NCBI GenBank assembly: GCA_963708025.1
Contig: CAVPSB010000016.1
Coordinates: 256,001 to 320,000, forward strand
Length of the DNA: 64,000 nt
DNA from: an uncultured Candidatus Rokubacteria bacterium
GTDB lineage: Bacteria > Methylomirabilota > Methylomirabilia > Rokubacteriales > DASRDR01
Direction of reading: 5' to 3'
Shown here one piece after another: positions 47,701 through 57,995 of this stretch. The notes under the pieces were generated by a model. That model worked only from the letters and a program-made list of their open reading frames with translations. It did no database searches and was not told the origin of the DNA. Every line of letters begins with the position of its first letter. The stretch's first letter is position 1. The position numbers and the translations under genes are program-made.

Positions 47701-48436
47701 ATGAAGCCGTCGCACGACGCGGACGTCCTCGTCGTGGGGGGTGGCCCCGGGGGCAGCACAGCGGCCACCTTCCTAGCCCAGGGGGGGCTCCGGGTGACGG
47801 TGGTCGAGCGGGAGCGCTTCCCGCGCTTCAAGGTCGGCGAGTCGCTGATCCCCACCTGCATGGCCATCTGCGAGCGGATGGGCGTGCTGGAGCGCGTGCT
47901 CGCCCACGGATTCCAGGTGAAGTACGGGGCCACCTTCCACGACCAGGAGCTCGGGCTGGAGTCGACCTTCGGCTTCCGGCCCGGGCGTCCGTGGCCGGCC
48001 TTCACGCTGGACGTGCACCGCGCGGAGTTCGATCAGCTCCTGCTCGAGCACGCCGCCGCCCAGCCCGGCGTGACGGTCTGCCAGCCCGCGACCGTGGAGA
48101 AGGTCGCCTTCGACTCGACGGCGTTCCGCCCACCTCAGATCGGAACCTCCCGCCTACCCCCCCAACCCCCCTCCCCCACCCAGCTGGCGGGGGGAGGGGG
48201 GAGTCGGAGGCCCCGACTGCCTCACACGCTCCCAGCGACCAGGCGGGGAGCGCGAGCACCCGCACAACGTCCTGGGCATGGTGGACGCGGTCACCGGGGT
48301 CCTGGCCGGGGGCTCCTTCGGCACGCTCCCGCGGCGCCTCCAGTGGTCGCTGTGGGGCTTCTTCCAGGTCGTCCGCCTCACGCGCTGGATGAGCCGGCGC
48401 CGCGGCGTCGTGCTCGAGTCCCGGCTCGACTGGTGA
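47701..48436 (+). pseudogene. FAD-dependent halogenase/oxidoreductase with a large internal deletion
   Basis: N-terminus GGGPGGS...FPRFKVGESLIP...RAEFDQLLL runs to about 48118, then a hairpin insert, then an out-of-frame C-terminus NVLGMVDAVTGVLAGG...ESRLDW*. Confidence 0.8.
48152..48203. repeat. REP-like C-rich/G-rich palindrome at the halogenase breakpoint
   Basis: cccccctccccc (48166-48177) pairs with gggggagggggg (48190-48201). Confidence 0.6.
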
Positions 48437-48470
48437 GATCTTTGGGGGGGGGACTCAGAAATCCCCCGAA
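48434..48470 (+). repeat. Double-hairpin repeat, copy 6 (degenerate, hairpin 1 only)
   Basis: tgagatcttt-G9-actcagaaatcccccgaa, directly after the halogenase stop. Confidence 0.55.
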
Positions 48471-48489
48471 GTGCCGGTCAGACTCGCGA

Positions 48490-49647
48490 TCAGAGTGACT
48501 CTTCGCCGCGGAGCCGAACGAGGCCGGAGCGGGTCACCTCGATGCCCTTCAGGTGGCGGAGCCGTGTGATCAGCCGCAGCGAGCCTGGGGGTCGCCGGAA
48601 GCCGTGAGCCTTGAGCGCCTGCGAGAGCGCGTCCAGCGTCACGCCCTGCGGTGAGGAGGCCAGCAGCTCGTCCACGATCTTCCGGATCTCCTCGGCCGGC
48701 GCCGCATGGGGCTCGGCCGTCGGCTCCGACCCCACCTCCAAGTCCGTCGGTGGGGGTGGAGGGACGGCCGCCGGCGTCGGATGGTGGACCGCCGCTGGCC
48801 GTGCATGCTGGACCGCCGCCGGCCTCGGAGCGTGGGCCGGCGCCGGGGCCGCATGCTGGGCCGCCGCCGGCCTCGACGTGGCGCTCGCACCGCGCCCGCC
48901 GCGTCCCCCGCGCCCGCGGCGCCCGCGGCGCCCGCGCCGACCTCGGCTACCCGCCCGGGACGCGGCCGGCGCCTCCTCCCGGGCGGCCACCGCGTCCCGG
49001 CCGCCGAGCGCGACGAAGGAGAGCCGGCGGTAGCCGATGCCGAGGCTGGCCGCGACGTCGCCGATGGCGTCGAAAGCCTGGTCGTCCGAGACCACTTCGA
49101 GGGTGTCCCCGGGGCGCGCGGCGGCGAGCCAGGCCCCCGCCGCGACCGCGATGCGCAGGTCGCTCCAGTCCCGTACGCCGGTCAACGGCGCACTGTGGAC
49201 GAGGTGGGCGCCGCGCCGGGCGAGCAGGCGGGCCGTTTCCACGCTGACCACCCGCCAGTTTCCCACCGCCACGATCTCGGTCCGCCGATCCGCCCAGTCG
49301 AGGCGGAGCTGATCCAGCACGTAGGCGACGTGATCGGGTCGGCTCGAGTTCTCGACATCGAAGAAGACGCCCCGCCGCAGGGCCGCCTGCGGTCGCGGCA
49401 CCTCCGGCACGCCCGCACGCGCCGCGAAGATGAGCTCGGGCTCGGCGAGGACGATGGGCTCCGGCGGCGCCGCCAGGAGCGGCGGGACCGCGGGAAGCAC
49501 CGGGGCGGCAGGGGGCGGCGCGGCCGGCTCGAGGGCCGGCGGGGCGGCGGCCTCGGCCACCCGCCGGGACGGCGATCGGCGGGGGCGGGACCGCGACGAC
49601 GAGGATCGGGATCGCTTGCTTCCGGGGGTCCGCGTGCTCGATGGCAT
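48490..49647 (-). CDS. NYN-domain (PIN-like) protein with a low-complexity linker and a C-terminal LOTUS/OST-HTH-like domain
   Basis: VFFDVENS, DWSDLRIA, VVSDDQAFD; Arg/Gly- and Pro/Ala/His-rich linker; GVTLDALSQALKAHGF...LITRLRHLKGIEV. Confidence 0.75.
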   Translation of the reverse strand: MPSSTRTPGSKRSRSSSSRSRPRRSPSRRVAEAAAPPALEPAAPPPAAPVLPAVPPLLAAPPEPIVLAEPELIFAARAGVPEVPRPQAALRRGVFFDVENSSRPDHVAYVLDQLRLDWADRRTEIVAVGNWRVVSVETARLLARRGAHLVHSAPLTGVRDWSDLRIAVAAGAWLAAARPGDTLEVVSDDQAFDAIGDVAASLGIGYRRLSFVALGGRDAVAAREEAPAASRAGSRGRRGRRGRRGRGGRGGRGASATSRPAAAQHAAPAPAHAPRPAAVQHARPAAVHHPTPAAVPPPPPTDLEVGSEPTAEPHAAPAEEIRKIVDELLASSPQGVTLDALSQALKAHGFRRPPGSLRLITRLRHLKGIEVTRSGLVRLRGEESL

Positions 49648-49867
49648 CGAAGGCTCGTAGTATACCGCGTCCGCTGTCCGATCGGGGTCCCTCCGGGATG
49701 GCTGGTCGATCGTGCGGGTGCGGGGCGCCTGCCCTCGCTGTCAGCGGGAGCAGGAATTCACGCCGGGTGGGCGCTTCGAGTCGGGGCGGACCTTCGAGGG
49801 CCCGCACTGCCTCAGCACGCTTCGCCTCGTCGTCAGCGACGCCGTGAGGCAGTAGCGGACCCGCGCT

Positions 49868-50005
49868 CTACGGTCGGGTGCGCTCCTCGACCGTCACCGC
49901 CGCCGGGGCCCCCGAGAGCGATGCGTCGCGGCTCGAGAGCGCGATGCCCTGGTACACGACCGCGACGAAGCCCAGGATGACGAGCGCGATGACCAGAATC
50001 TGCAC
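49868..50005 (-). CDS. 45-aa single-pass membrane protein (absent from the ORF track)
   Basis: GGAGG 8 nt before the GTG; MQILVIALVILGFVAVVYQGIALSSRDASLSGAPAAVTVEERTRP*. Confidence 0.65.
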   Translation of the reverse strand: MQILVIALVILGFVAVVYQGIALSSRDASLSGAPAAVTVEERTRP

Positions 50006-50113
50006 CGGCCGACCCTCCGACTGGTTGGTAGGAAGTCCAACGCCCGACCTCGCCAGAGCTTAACCCCGGCCCTGCCCGGAGCCCGCAAACTTCGTGAGCT
50101 CGGTCACCACGGG

Positions 50114-50129
50114 AGCAACGGACATGCCA
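50114..50129 (-). promoter_or_regulatory. Sigma54 (-24/-12) promoter
   Basis: The minus strand reads TGGCATG-TCCG-TTGCT. Confidence 0.75.
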
Positions 50130-50317
50130 GGACCCCGCAGCCTTTGACGCGCCGAAACTCCGGCGATTCGTCGGAGGCTAGGCCCGGCGTTAACGGGGCG
50201 ACCGTCTTCTCGACGGACAGGAGGAGGGGGCAGACGGCAACGGCCGGACAGAGGAGCCCAGCTACCGCTAGGCTCCTCGACGCGGCAAAGTCATGGTAGA
50301 CAAGGTCAAAACTACCT

Positions 50318-50497
50318 GGGGCGGGGCCGAGGAGCGAGCAGCGCTAGGACGCAGGGAGTCGCCGACCGCAGGCGTACTCCTCGTACGCCGAGGATCGGCG
50401 ACGACCGAGGACGACCTTAGGTCGGGACGGACGCGAGGCCGCAGGCCGAGCGCGTCCCGACCGAGATGAACGTCGCGAAGCTCATCGGCCCCGCCCC
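50318..50497. mobile_element. MITE-like element with 13-bp terminal inverted repeats
   Basis: ggggcggggccga...tcggccccgcccc, with nested internal hairpins (ggcgtac-tcctc-gtacgcc; ggtcgggacg...cgtcccgacc); non-coding. Confidence 0.65.
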
Positions 50498-51526
50498 CTA
50501 AGAGCTAACCCCGCGCAGACTCAGCTCCTCTACGCGGTGACAGCTCACGAAGTGGCCAGGCCGGACCTCGGCCAGGCTGGGGGTCTCCGTCCGGCAGACC
50601 GGCGACCGCGTAGGGGCAGCGGGGATGGAAGTGGCAGCCCGGCGGGCGGGTGGGCGGGGTCGGCGACCTCGCCCTTCCAGGACGATCCGCCGGGCCCGCA
50701 GGCGGGGATCGGGCTTCGGCACCGCCGAGAGGAGCGCCTCCGTGTAGGGATGCCGGGGGGTGACGAACAGGGGCTCGGTCGCGGCCATCTCGACGATCCG
50801 GCCCACGTACATCACGGCGACCCGGTCGCTCACGTGCTTGACCACGCTGAGGTCGTGGGCGACGAAGAGGTAGGTCAGCCCGAGCTGCGCCTGCAGGTCC
50901 AGCATCAGGTTCAGGATCTGGGCCTGCACCGAGACGTCGAGCGCCGAGACCGGCTCGTCGGCGACGACGAGGCGCGGGTTGAGCGCGAGGGCGCGCGCGA
51001 TGCCGATGCGCTGGCGCTGGCCGCCGCTGAAGGCGTGGGGATAGCGCCGCATGTACTCGGGCCGCAGCCCGACCAGCCGCAGCAGCTCGGCGACCCGCTC
51101 CAGCCGCTCCCGGCGGGTGCCGACGCCGTTGGCCACCAGCGGCTCGGCGACGATGTCGAGCAGCGTCCGCCGCGGGTTGAGCGAGGAGAAGGGGTCCTGG
51201 AAGATCATCTGCATCTGGCGGCGGAGGGGGCGGAGCTGGCTCTTGGGCAGCGTGGCCACGTCCAGCACGGCGCCGCTCTCGGTCCGGAACAGGATCGCGC
51301 CCGCCGTCGGGGTGAGCGCCCGCAGGATGCACCGGGCGGTCGTGGTCTTGCCGCAGCCGCTCTCGCCGACGAGCGACAGCGTCTCGCCCTGCTCGACGTG
51401 GAAGCTCACGTCGTCCACGGCGCGCACCTGGCCCACCACCCGCCGGAGGAGGCCCTTGCTGGATCGGGAAGTACTTCCGGAGCCCTTCGACGTCCAGGAG
51501 TCGGGTAGCGCGCTCGCCGGGTTCAC
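50498..51526 (-). CDS. oppF: Peptide ABC transporter ATP-binding protein (frameshifted)
   Basis: [52 protein letters not shown]. Confidence 0.9.
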   Translation of the reverse strand: MNPASALPDSWTSKGSGSTSRSSKGLLRRVVGQVRAVDDVSFHVEQGETLSLVGESGCGKTTTARCILRALTPTAGAILFRTESGAVLDVATLPKSQLRPLRRQMQMIFQDPFSSLNPRRTLLDIVAEPLVANGVGTRRERLERVAELLRLVGLRPEYMRRYPHAFSGGQRQRIGIARALALNPRLVVADEPVSALDVSVQAQILNLMLDLQAQLGLTYLFVAHDLSVVKHVSDRVAVMYVGRIVEMAATEPLFVTPRHPYTEALLSAVPKPDPRLRARRIVLEGRGRRPRPPARRAATSIPAAPTRSPVCRTETPSLAEVRPGHFVSCHRVEELSLRGVSS

Positions 51527-52595
51527 GCCGACTGCTGTAGAGGAAGCAGCTCACCGCCTGGCCCGTCGGCGACCGGCCCGCAGGCCCGGCTCGGCGCGCT
51601 CGCAGCGTCCCGGGCATGAAGTCGGGGCAGCGCGGATGGAACGGGCAGCCCGCGGGGCGGTTGTACGGGTGCGGGATGGAGCCGGTGATGGTGGGCAGCT
51701 TGCGTGCGGACGCGGCGCGTGGATGACTGGGAATCGAGCGCAGGAGCGCCCGCGTGTAGGGATGCTTGGGCGCGTGGAAGATCGCGTCCACCGGTCCCTG
51801 CTCGACCACGCGGCCGAGGTACATGACCACGACCTCGTCGCACATCTCGGCGACGACGCCGAGGTTGTGGGTGATGAGCATGATGGCCATGCCGCTCCCG
51901 GTCCTGGAGCGCGCGGCAGGAGGTCGAGGATCTGCGCCTGGGTGGTCACGTCGAGCGCCGTCGTCGGCTCGTCGGCGATGAGGATGCGCGGACCGCACGA
52001 CAGCGCCAGCGCGATCATGGCGCGCTGGCGCAGGCCGCCGCTGAGCTGGAAGGCGTACTCGTCCACGCGCCGCTCGGGCCGGGGGACGCCGACCAGGCCG
52101 CAGCATCTCGATCGCCCGGCTCGCGCGCCTCGCGCCTGCCCGACGCTGCTGGTGGAGGCGCGATCGTCTCGATCATCTGGTTGCCGATGGTGTGGACCGG
52201 GCTGAACGAGGTCATCGGCTCCTGGAAGACGAGACCGATGTCGCCGCCCCGGATCTGGCGCATCTCGCGGCTCGTCGGCGTCGAGCCGGCGTCAGGTCCA
52301 CCTCGCCGCCGGCGCCGTCGCCGCGCGGCGGAGCAGGATGCTGCCGCTCACGATGCGGCCCGGCCGCTCGACGATTCTGCAGGATCGAGCGCGCGGTCAC
52401 GCTCTTGCCGCAGCCGCTCTCGCCGACGATGCCGAGGGTCCGCCCGGGGTAGACGTCGAAGCTCGCGCCGTCCACCGCCTTGACCGTCCCCTCGTCCGGG
52501 AAGAAGTACGTCTGCAGGTCGCGCACCTCAAGGATCGCCCGCTGCTCCGTCTCGCCCGCTGGGCGCGGCGGCAGCGTGAGCGGGCTACTGCCCAT
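51523..52595 (-). CDS. oppD: Peptide ABC transporter ATP-binding protein (multiple frameshifts)
   Basis: [55 protein letters not shown] and GCPFHPRC, spread across frames. Confidence 0.88.
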
Positions 52596-53750
52596 ACGGG
52601 TCGGCGGCGTCGCGGAGCCCGTCGCCCATGAAGTTGAGGGCCAGGATGACGACGATGACCGGAATCGACGGGATGAGCAGCCAGGGCGAGATGGCCAGGG
52701 CCTGGATGTTCTGCGCCTGCTGGAGCAGCACGCCCCAGCTGATGGCCGGGCGGCCGCAGCCCGAGGCCCAGGAAGGAGAGCGACGTCTCGCTGATGATCA
52801 TGGCCGGGATGGCCAGCGTCGTGGCGGCGATGATGTGGCTCAGGAACGACGGCACCAGGTGGCTGAAGATGATGCGCGTCTGGCTGCAGCCGGCCAGCTC
52901 GGCGGCCATCACGAAGTCTTCCTCGCGCAGCGACAGGAAGCGGCCGCGCACGACCCGGGCCAGCTCGGTCCAGCCGACGAGCGAGATGATGATGGTGATG
53001 GCGAAGTAGACCTGGATGACGGTCCAGTCGTTCGGCAGCGCCGCCGCCAGCCCCATCCAGAGCGGGATGGTCGGGATCGAGCGCAGGATCTCGATGACGC
53101 GCTGGATGACGGTGTCGATGACGCCGCCGTAGAGCCCGGAGATGCCGCCCAGCAGCACGCCGAGGACGAGGCTCAGGGCCACCCCGGCCAGGCCGATGGT
53201 GAGCGAGGCGCGCGTCCCGTACATGAGTCGCGACCAGAGGTCGCGCCCCTGCTCGTCGGTGCCGAGGAGGAAGAGCGATTCCTCCGCCGCGCCGCCCTCG
53301 ACGCCGAGCAGATGTGCCGGTCGGTCGGGATCAGGCCGAGGAGCCGGTACTCGAAGCCGCGGGCGAAGAAGCGCACCGGGATCTTCTTCTCGGGTCGGGC
53401 GTGTAGACGCGCTTGAAGCGTCATCGGGTCGCGCCGGCCGCTGAGCCCGTAGACGTGGGGCGCGAAGCGCCCCTCGTCGAACCAGTGGATGCGCTGGGGC
53501 GGCAGCAGCGAGCGCTGGGCCTCGGAGGCGGTCGGGATCGCGTAGGCGAGGAAGTCGGCGAAGACCACGACCGCGTAGAAGAGCACCACGACCACCGTGC
53601 CCAGCCATGGCCAGCTTGTGGCGGCGGAAGCGCCACCACATGAGCTGCCACTGGGTGGCGACGGAGATCCGCTCTTCGGCCGCCGGCTCGGTTGCGCCGG
53701 TAGCGACGCGGCCTCGGGGGCGGCCGCTGAGGAGGCGCCCGGCTCGGCTA
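52585..53750 (-). CDS. oppC: Peptide ABC transporter permease (frameshifted)
   Basis: [58 protein letters not shown]; the start is approximate. Confidence 0.88.
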
Positions 53751-54748
53751 TCGCCGGCCCTCCAGGCGGATGCGGGGGTCGATCCACATCAGGAGGAGGT
53801 CGGAGAGGAAGCGTGCCGATGACCGTCATGACGCCCAGCAGCAGCACGATGGTGCCGGCCAGGAACATGTCCTGGGCGACCAGGGCCCGGAGCAGCAGCG
53901 GCCCGACCGTGGGCAGGCTCAGCACGAGCGAGACGATGATGCTGCCGGAGACCACGTAGGGCAGAAGGTAGCCGACGGTGCTCGCGAACGGGTTGAGCGC
54001 CACCCGCACCGGGTACTTCAGGATGACCCGCGCGCTCCGACAGCCCGCGGGCGCGGGCGGTGACGACGTAGGGCTTGCCGCAGCTCGTCGAGCAGGTTGG
54101 CGCGCATGATGCGGATGAGCTGGGCCGTGCCGGCCAGCCCGAGGATCAGCGCCGGCAGCGGCAGGTGCTTGGCGAGGTCCCAGGCCTTGGCCGAGGCTCC
54201 AGGGCGCCTCGGCGAACTCGTCCGAGAAGAGGCCGCCGATGTTGAGGTTGAAGAGCGTGAAGCCGAAGTACATGAGGACGAGGGCCAGCATGAAGCTCGG
54301 CACGGCCAGCCCGATGAAGCCGACGCAGGGTGAAGACGTAGTCGCCGACCGAGTACTGGCGCACGGCCGAGTAGATGCCGATCGGCAGGGCCAGCGCCCA
54401 GGTCAACAGGATGGCCGCCACCGAGACCACCATGGTGAGCCAGAGCCGGTCGCCGATGACCTCCGAGACGGGGCGCTTCCACTCCAGCGCCATGCCGAAC
54501 CGGCCCTGCATCACCATGCTTCATCCACCGGAGGTACTGGAACCACACCGGCCGGTCGAGGCCGTACTCCTGCGCGGAGGGCGTCTGCTTCCTGCTCGGA
54601 GACGAAGCTGCCCGATGCCGGACATCTGCGCGATGTACGAGGTGATGTAGTCGCCGGGCGGGAGCTGGATGATGACGAACGACAGCACCGAGATGGCCCA
54701 GATGGTCAGGAGGGCGAGGATCAGCCGGCGGACCAGGTAGGCGAGCAT
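53748..54748 (-). CDS. oppB: Peptide ABC transporter permease (frameshifted)
   Basis: MLAYLVRRL, FVIIQLPPGDY, IRIMRANLLDEL, SGSIIVSLVLSLPTVG, DPRIR. Confidence 0.88.
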
Positions 54749-54760
54749 CGGGCGGCCTTC

Positions 54761-54800
54761 CCCTCACCCCTGCCCTCTCCCCCGCGGCGGGGGAGAGGGA
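54761..54800. repeat. REP-like palindrome between the SBP and permease genes
   Basis: ccctcacccctg, then ccctctcccccg-cgg-cgggggagaggg (12-bp stem). Confidence 0.75.
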
Positions 54801-54825
54801 GGGACAGAGAGCGGAGGGATATCCA

Positions 54826-56919
54826 CTACGCCTTGAAGTAGAACGTGGACGGCTGCGAGGTTCCTGGCGTCCGGCAGTGCTGGGCGTTGATCTGCCTCGA
54901 CGGGATGTTGCCCATCTTGCGGCTCACGATGCGGACGCCCATCGTCGCCGGCGACTGGCCCACGGTCCCGATGGAGAACTGCTCGTCCACGATGATCTTG
55001 AAGATCTCCTGCGCGATCTTGTAGCGCTCCTGGGTCTTCTTGCCGTTCGCCGTGCGGAACATCTCCAGCGCCTTGAGCATCTGCGGGTCGGTGGGTGCCT
55101 TCCCTTTCTTGCCCCCGCTTGCATACCAGTCGGCGATCGGATGACCCATCTTCGCCTCGATCGGGTCCACCGGCAGGGCGTGGCGTGGGAACAGGTAGAG
55201 CAACTCGGTGCCGTCGTTGGCCCAGATGCTGATCTGCTGCTCGTTGCTCCGCATCCGCGTCTCGAACAGACTCCGCTCGACCTCCTTCACGTCGGCCTGG
55301 ATGCCGATCTTCTTCCACTGCTCCTTGATCACCTCGGCGATCTGCGAGTGCGGGATGAAAGCACCGGCCGAGGTCAGCAGCTCGATGCCGCAGCCGACCC
55401 TTGCCGTCGGTGCGCAGGCGATAGCCCTCGCCGTCCTTCTTGCGTCGAGGCCCGACCTTGTCGAGCAGGGCGTTGGCCTGCTTGATGTCGAGGGTCGACC
55501 ACTTCTTCCGCCACTCGGGGCCCGGGCTGTACGGGAGTGCTCTCGCTCGGCGCGACCGATCCCGGCACGCCGATCCCGAGCCAGAACGTCTCGTTGAGCT
55601 GGTCGCGGTCGATCCCCATCGAGAGCGCGCGCCGGAAGTCCCGGCTGTGGAGCCATTTCGCGATCTCGGGGTCGGCGTCGTAGGCGTGGTTGATCTGAAG
55701 CGTGGCGTCGGCGCCATTCAGCGCCGGATCGAGGCGGACGTCGTAGCCGACCTTGTCCCGGTTCTCCAGGAACACCGGCAGCTTCGCCATCGCCGTGTGC
55801 CGCTCCTGGATGTCGTACTGGCCGCCGATGGCGCGCAGGTTCAGCACCTCGAGGTTCTCGGCGAGGCTCATCTGGAGCCGGTCGATGTAGGGAAGCTGGT
55901 TCCCCGCCGTGTCCACCTCGTAGAAGAAGGGATTGCGCTCCATCACCCAGGTCGGCGTGTTGATCGGCGAGACGCACTTCCACGGGGTCAGCACTGGCAG
56001 CTCGGGGTTCAGGCGCCAGTCCCACCGGTTCTTGAGGTAGGGCACCCAGGCGTCGAACCCGGCGGCCTTGGCCTTCCGGTTCGTCTCGTCCATCCCGATG
56101 TACTTCGGGTGGAACTGCTTGATGTAGTGCGCCGGCATGTAGGCGCCCATGAACCGGCCATCCATCTGCCAGAGCGCCTGGCCACCGCCCATCGCCGTGC
56201 TGCCCGCCAGGATGTCGAGGAAGAGGTAGTTGGGCTCGGGGAACTCGAAGAGGACAGTCGTCTCGTTCGACCTTCTTGATGACCCCGGACTTGCCGTTGA
56301 TCATGAAGTCCGGGTGCGGCACCGGCACGATGTCCTTGTTCAGGTAGACGTCCTCGTGCCAGAAAACGAAGTCGTCCGCGGTGAACGGCTGGCCGTCCGA
56401 CCACTTGTGGCCCTTGCGCAGGTAGAGTGTCACCGATTTCCCGTCGTCGGCGAGGAGCCACTGTCGCGCGACGCTGGGCCGGACCTGGGTCCCGGTGTAC
56501 TCCCAGAAAAGGAGCTTGTCGGCGGAGACGATCCGGTTGCCGTTCTCGCCATCGCCGGGGCCGGTGAAGCCGCGCCGCCAGGTGCCGCCGTACCGGCCGA
56601 TCCCCTGCACCGGTTTGATCACCAGGGGCTCCTTGGGCACTCGCTGCTCGACGGGCGGCAGCTTGCCGGCCTTCACCAGCTCGGCGAGCATCGGGGCCTC
56701 GCTGAACTTCGTGGGCCACTTGGCCGGGTCCAGGATCAGCTCCGGCCCTTCGAGCTTCCCGATGAGCTGGGCGCCAAGCTTCGGCTCCGGGGCCTTGGCC
56801 GCCTGGGCGAGGGCGGGCAGCGGCGTCGCGGCGAGGCCGCCGAGGCCGACCGCGCCGCCGGCGAGCGCCGAGGCGCGGAGGAATTCGCGTCGGGTCAGGG
56901 ATCGCTTCGCCTTGGACAT
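54826..56919 (-). CDS. oppA: Family-5 ABC substrate-binding protein with Tat signal (frameshifted)
   Basis: LTRREFLRAS, EAPMLAELVKAGKLPPVEQRVP, KWSDGQPFTADD, RNPFFYEVDTAGNQLPYID, FRRALSMGIDR. Confidence 0.88.
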   Translation of the reverse strand: MSKAKRSLTRREFLRASALAGGAVGLGGLAATPLPALAQAAKAPEPKLGAQLIGKLEGPELILDPAKWPTKFSEAPMLAELVKAGKLPPVEQRVPKEPLVIKPVQGIGRYGGTWRRGFTGPGDGENGNRIVSADKLLFWEYTGTQVRPSVARQWLLADDGKSVTLYLRKGHKWSDGQPFTADDFVFWHEDVYLNKDIVPVPHPDFMINGKSGVIKKVERDDCPLRVPRAQLPLPRHPGGQHGDGRWPGALADGWPVHGRLHAGALHQAVPPEVHRDGRDEPEGQGRRVRRLGALPQEPVGLAPEPRAASADPVEVRLADQHADLGDGAQSLLLRGGHGGEPASLHRPAPDEPRREPRGAEPARHRRPVRHPGAAHGDGEAAGVPGEPGQGRLRRPPRSGAEWRRRHASDQPRLRRRPRDREMAPQPGLPARALDGDRPRPAQRDVLARDRRAGIGRAEREHSRTARAPSGGRSGRPSTSSRPTPCSTRSGLDARRTARAIACAPTARVGCGIELLTSAGAFIPHSQIAEVIKEQWKKIGIQADVKEVERSLFETRMRSNEQQISIWANDGTELLYLFPRHALPVDPIEAKMGHPIADWYASGGKKGKAPTDPQMLKALEMFRTANGKKTQERYKIAQEIFKIIVDEQFSIGTVGQSPATMGVRIVSRKMGNIPSRQINAQHCRTPGTSQPSTFYFKA

Positions 56920-56977
56920 GGAGCCACCTCCCCGTGGCAAGGTGAGGGCGGGAACCGTGATCGATGGGCGTGGCCGG

Positions 56978-57007
56978 AGTTTATGCGGCGCCTGCGGGGG
57001 TTGTCAA
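56978..57007 (-). promoter_or_regulatory. Sigma70 promoter of the ABC operon
   Basis: TTGACA-18 nt-TAAACT on the minus strand. Confidence 0.6.
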
Positions 57008-57073
57008 CGGCCTTGTCCCGGAACACAATACGCAGGCACCGTCACAAATCCCTTCATCGTCAGGAGCCGACAG

Positions 57074-57988
57074 GTGACCCAGCCAAGCTGGTCGTGGTCG
57101 CAGGCGCTCTCGGGCGTCATCCCTCCACTGATCTCGCCGCTCGACGCCACCGGCGGCGTGGACGCCGCCGCCGTCGGGCGGCTCGTGGATTACGTGGTGG
57201 CCGGCGGCGTGAGCGGGCTCTTCGTCCTCGGCGGCTGCGGGGAGGGCGCCTGGCTCACCCCCGTCCAGCGGCGCGCCGTCATCCAGGCGACCCTCCAGGC
57301 CGCCGGCGGCCGGATCCCGGTCCTGGCCGGCGTCATGCTGCCCGGCACCGGGCCGGCGGTCGAGGCCGCGCGCCAGGCGACCGAGGCCGGCGCCGACGCG
57401 GTCGTCGTCGGCTCGCCGTACTACTTTCCGGTGGACGGCGACGCCCAGCGGCGCCACGTGGAGGCCGTGCTGGGGGCCACTCCGCTCCCGGGCCTGCTCT
57501 ACAACATCCCGCAAAGCACCCATCAGGTGCTGGCCCCCCAGATCGTGGCCGTCCTGGCTCGCGAGCCGCGGATTCTCGGTATCAAGGACTCGGCCGGAGA
57601 CTTCCAGGTCTTCCTGCGCTACCTGGCGGTTCGCCAGGAGCAAGCGGCCTTCCGCGTCCTGCAGGGTAACGAGTTCCTCGCCGCCGCGAGCCTGCTCCAG
57701 GGCGGCGACGGGTTGGTCCCCGGCCTGGCCAACGTCGCCCCCGCGCTCCTGGTCGCCCTGCGCGAGGCCGCCGGGAAGGCAGACGCGCCGACCTGCGCCC
57801 GGCTGCAGACCGCCGTCGAGGACCTCGCGAGCCTCTACGACCAGGGCCACTGGCTCCCCGCCCTCAAGGCCGCCCTCGCGATGCTCGGCATCGGGACCGG
57901 GCTGCCGCCGGCTCCGCTGGCGCCACCCGGCGAGGGCCAGCGCCAGGCGATCGCGGCAGTGCTGCGCCGGCACGAGCTGGTGCGCTGA
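57074..57988 (+). CDS. Dihydrodipicolinate synthase/KDG aldolase-family lyase
   Basis: GVIPPLISP, GLFVLGGCGE, LYNIP, Schiff-base lysine in GIKDSAG. Confidence 0.88.
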   Translation: MTQPSWSWSQALSGVIPPLISPLDATGGVDAAAVGRLVDYVVAGGVSGLFVLGGCGEGAWLTPVQRRAVIQATLQAAGGRIPVLAGVMLPGTGPAVEAARQATEAGADAVVVGSPYYFPVDGDAQRRHVEAVLGATPLPGLLYNIPQSTHQVLAPQIVAVLAREPRILGIKDSAGDFQVFLRYLAVRQEQAAFRVLQGNEFLAAASLLQGGDGLVPGLANVAPALLVALREAAGKADAPTCARLQTAVEDLASLYDQGHWLPALKAALAMLGIGTGLPPAPLAPPGEGQRQAIAAVLRRHELVR

Positions 57989-57995
57989 CTCCCCC

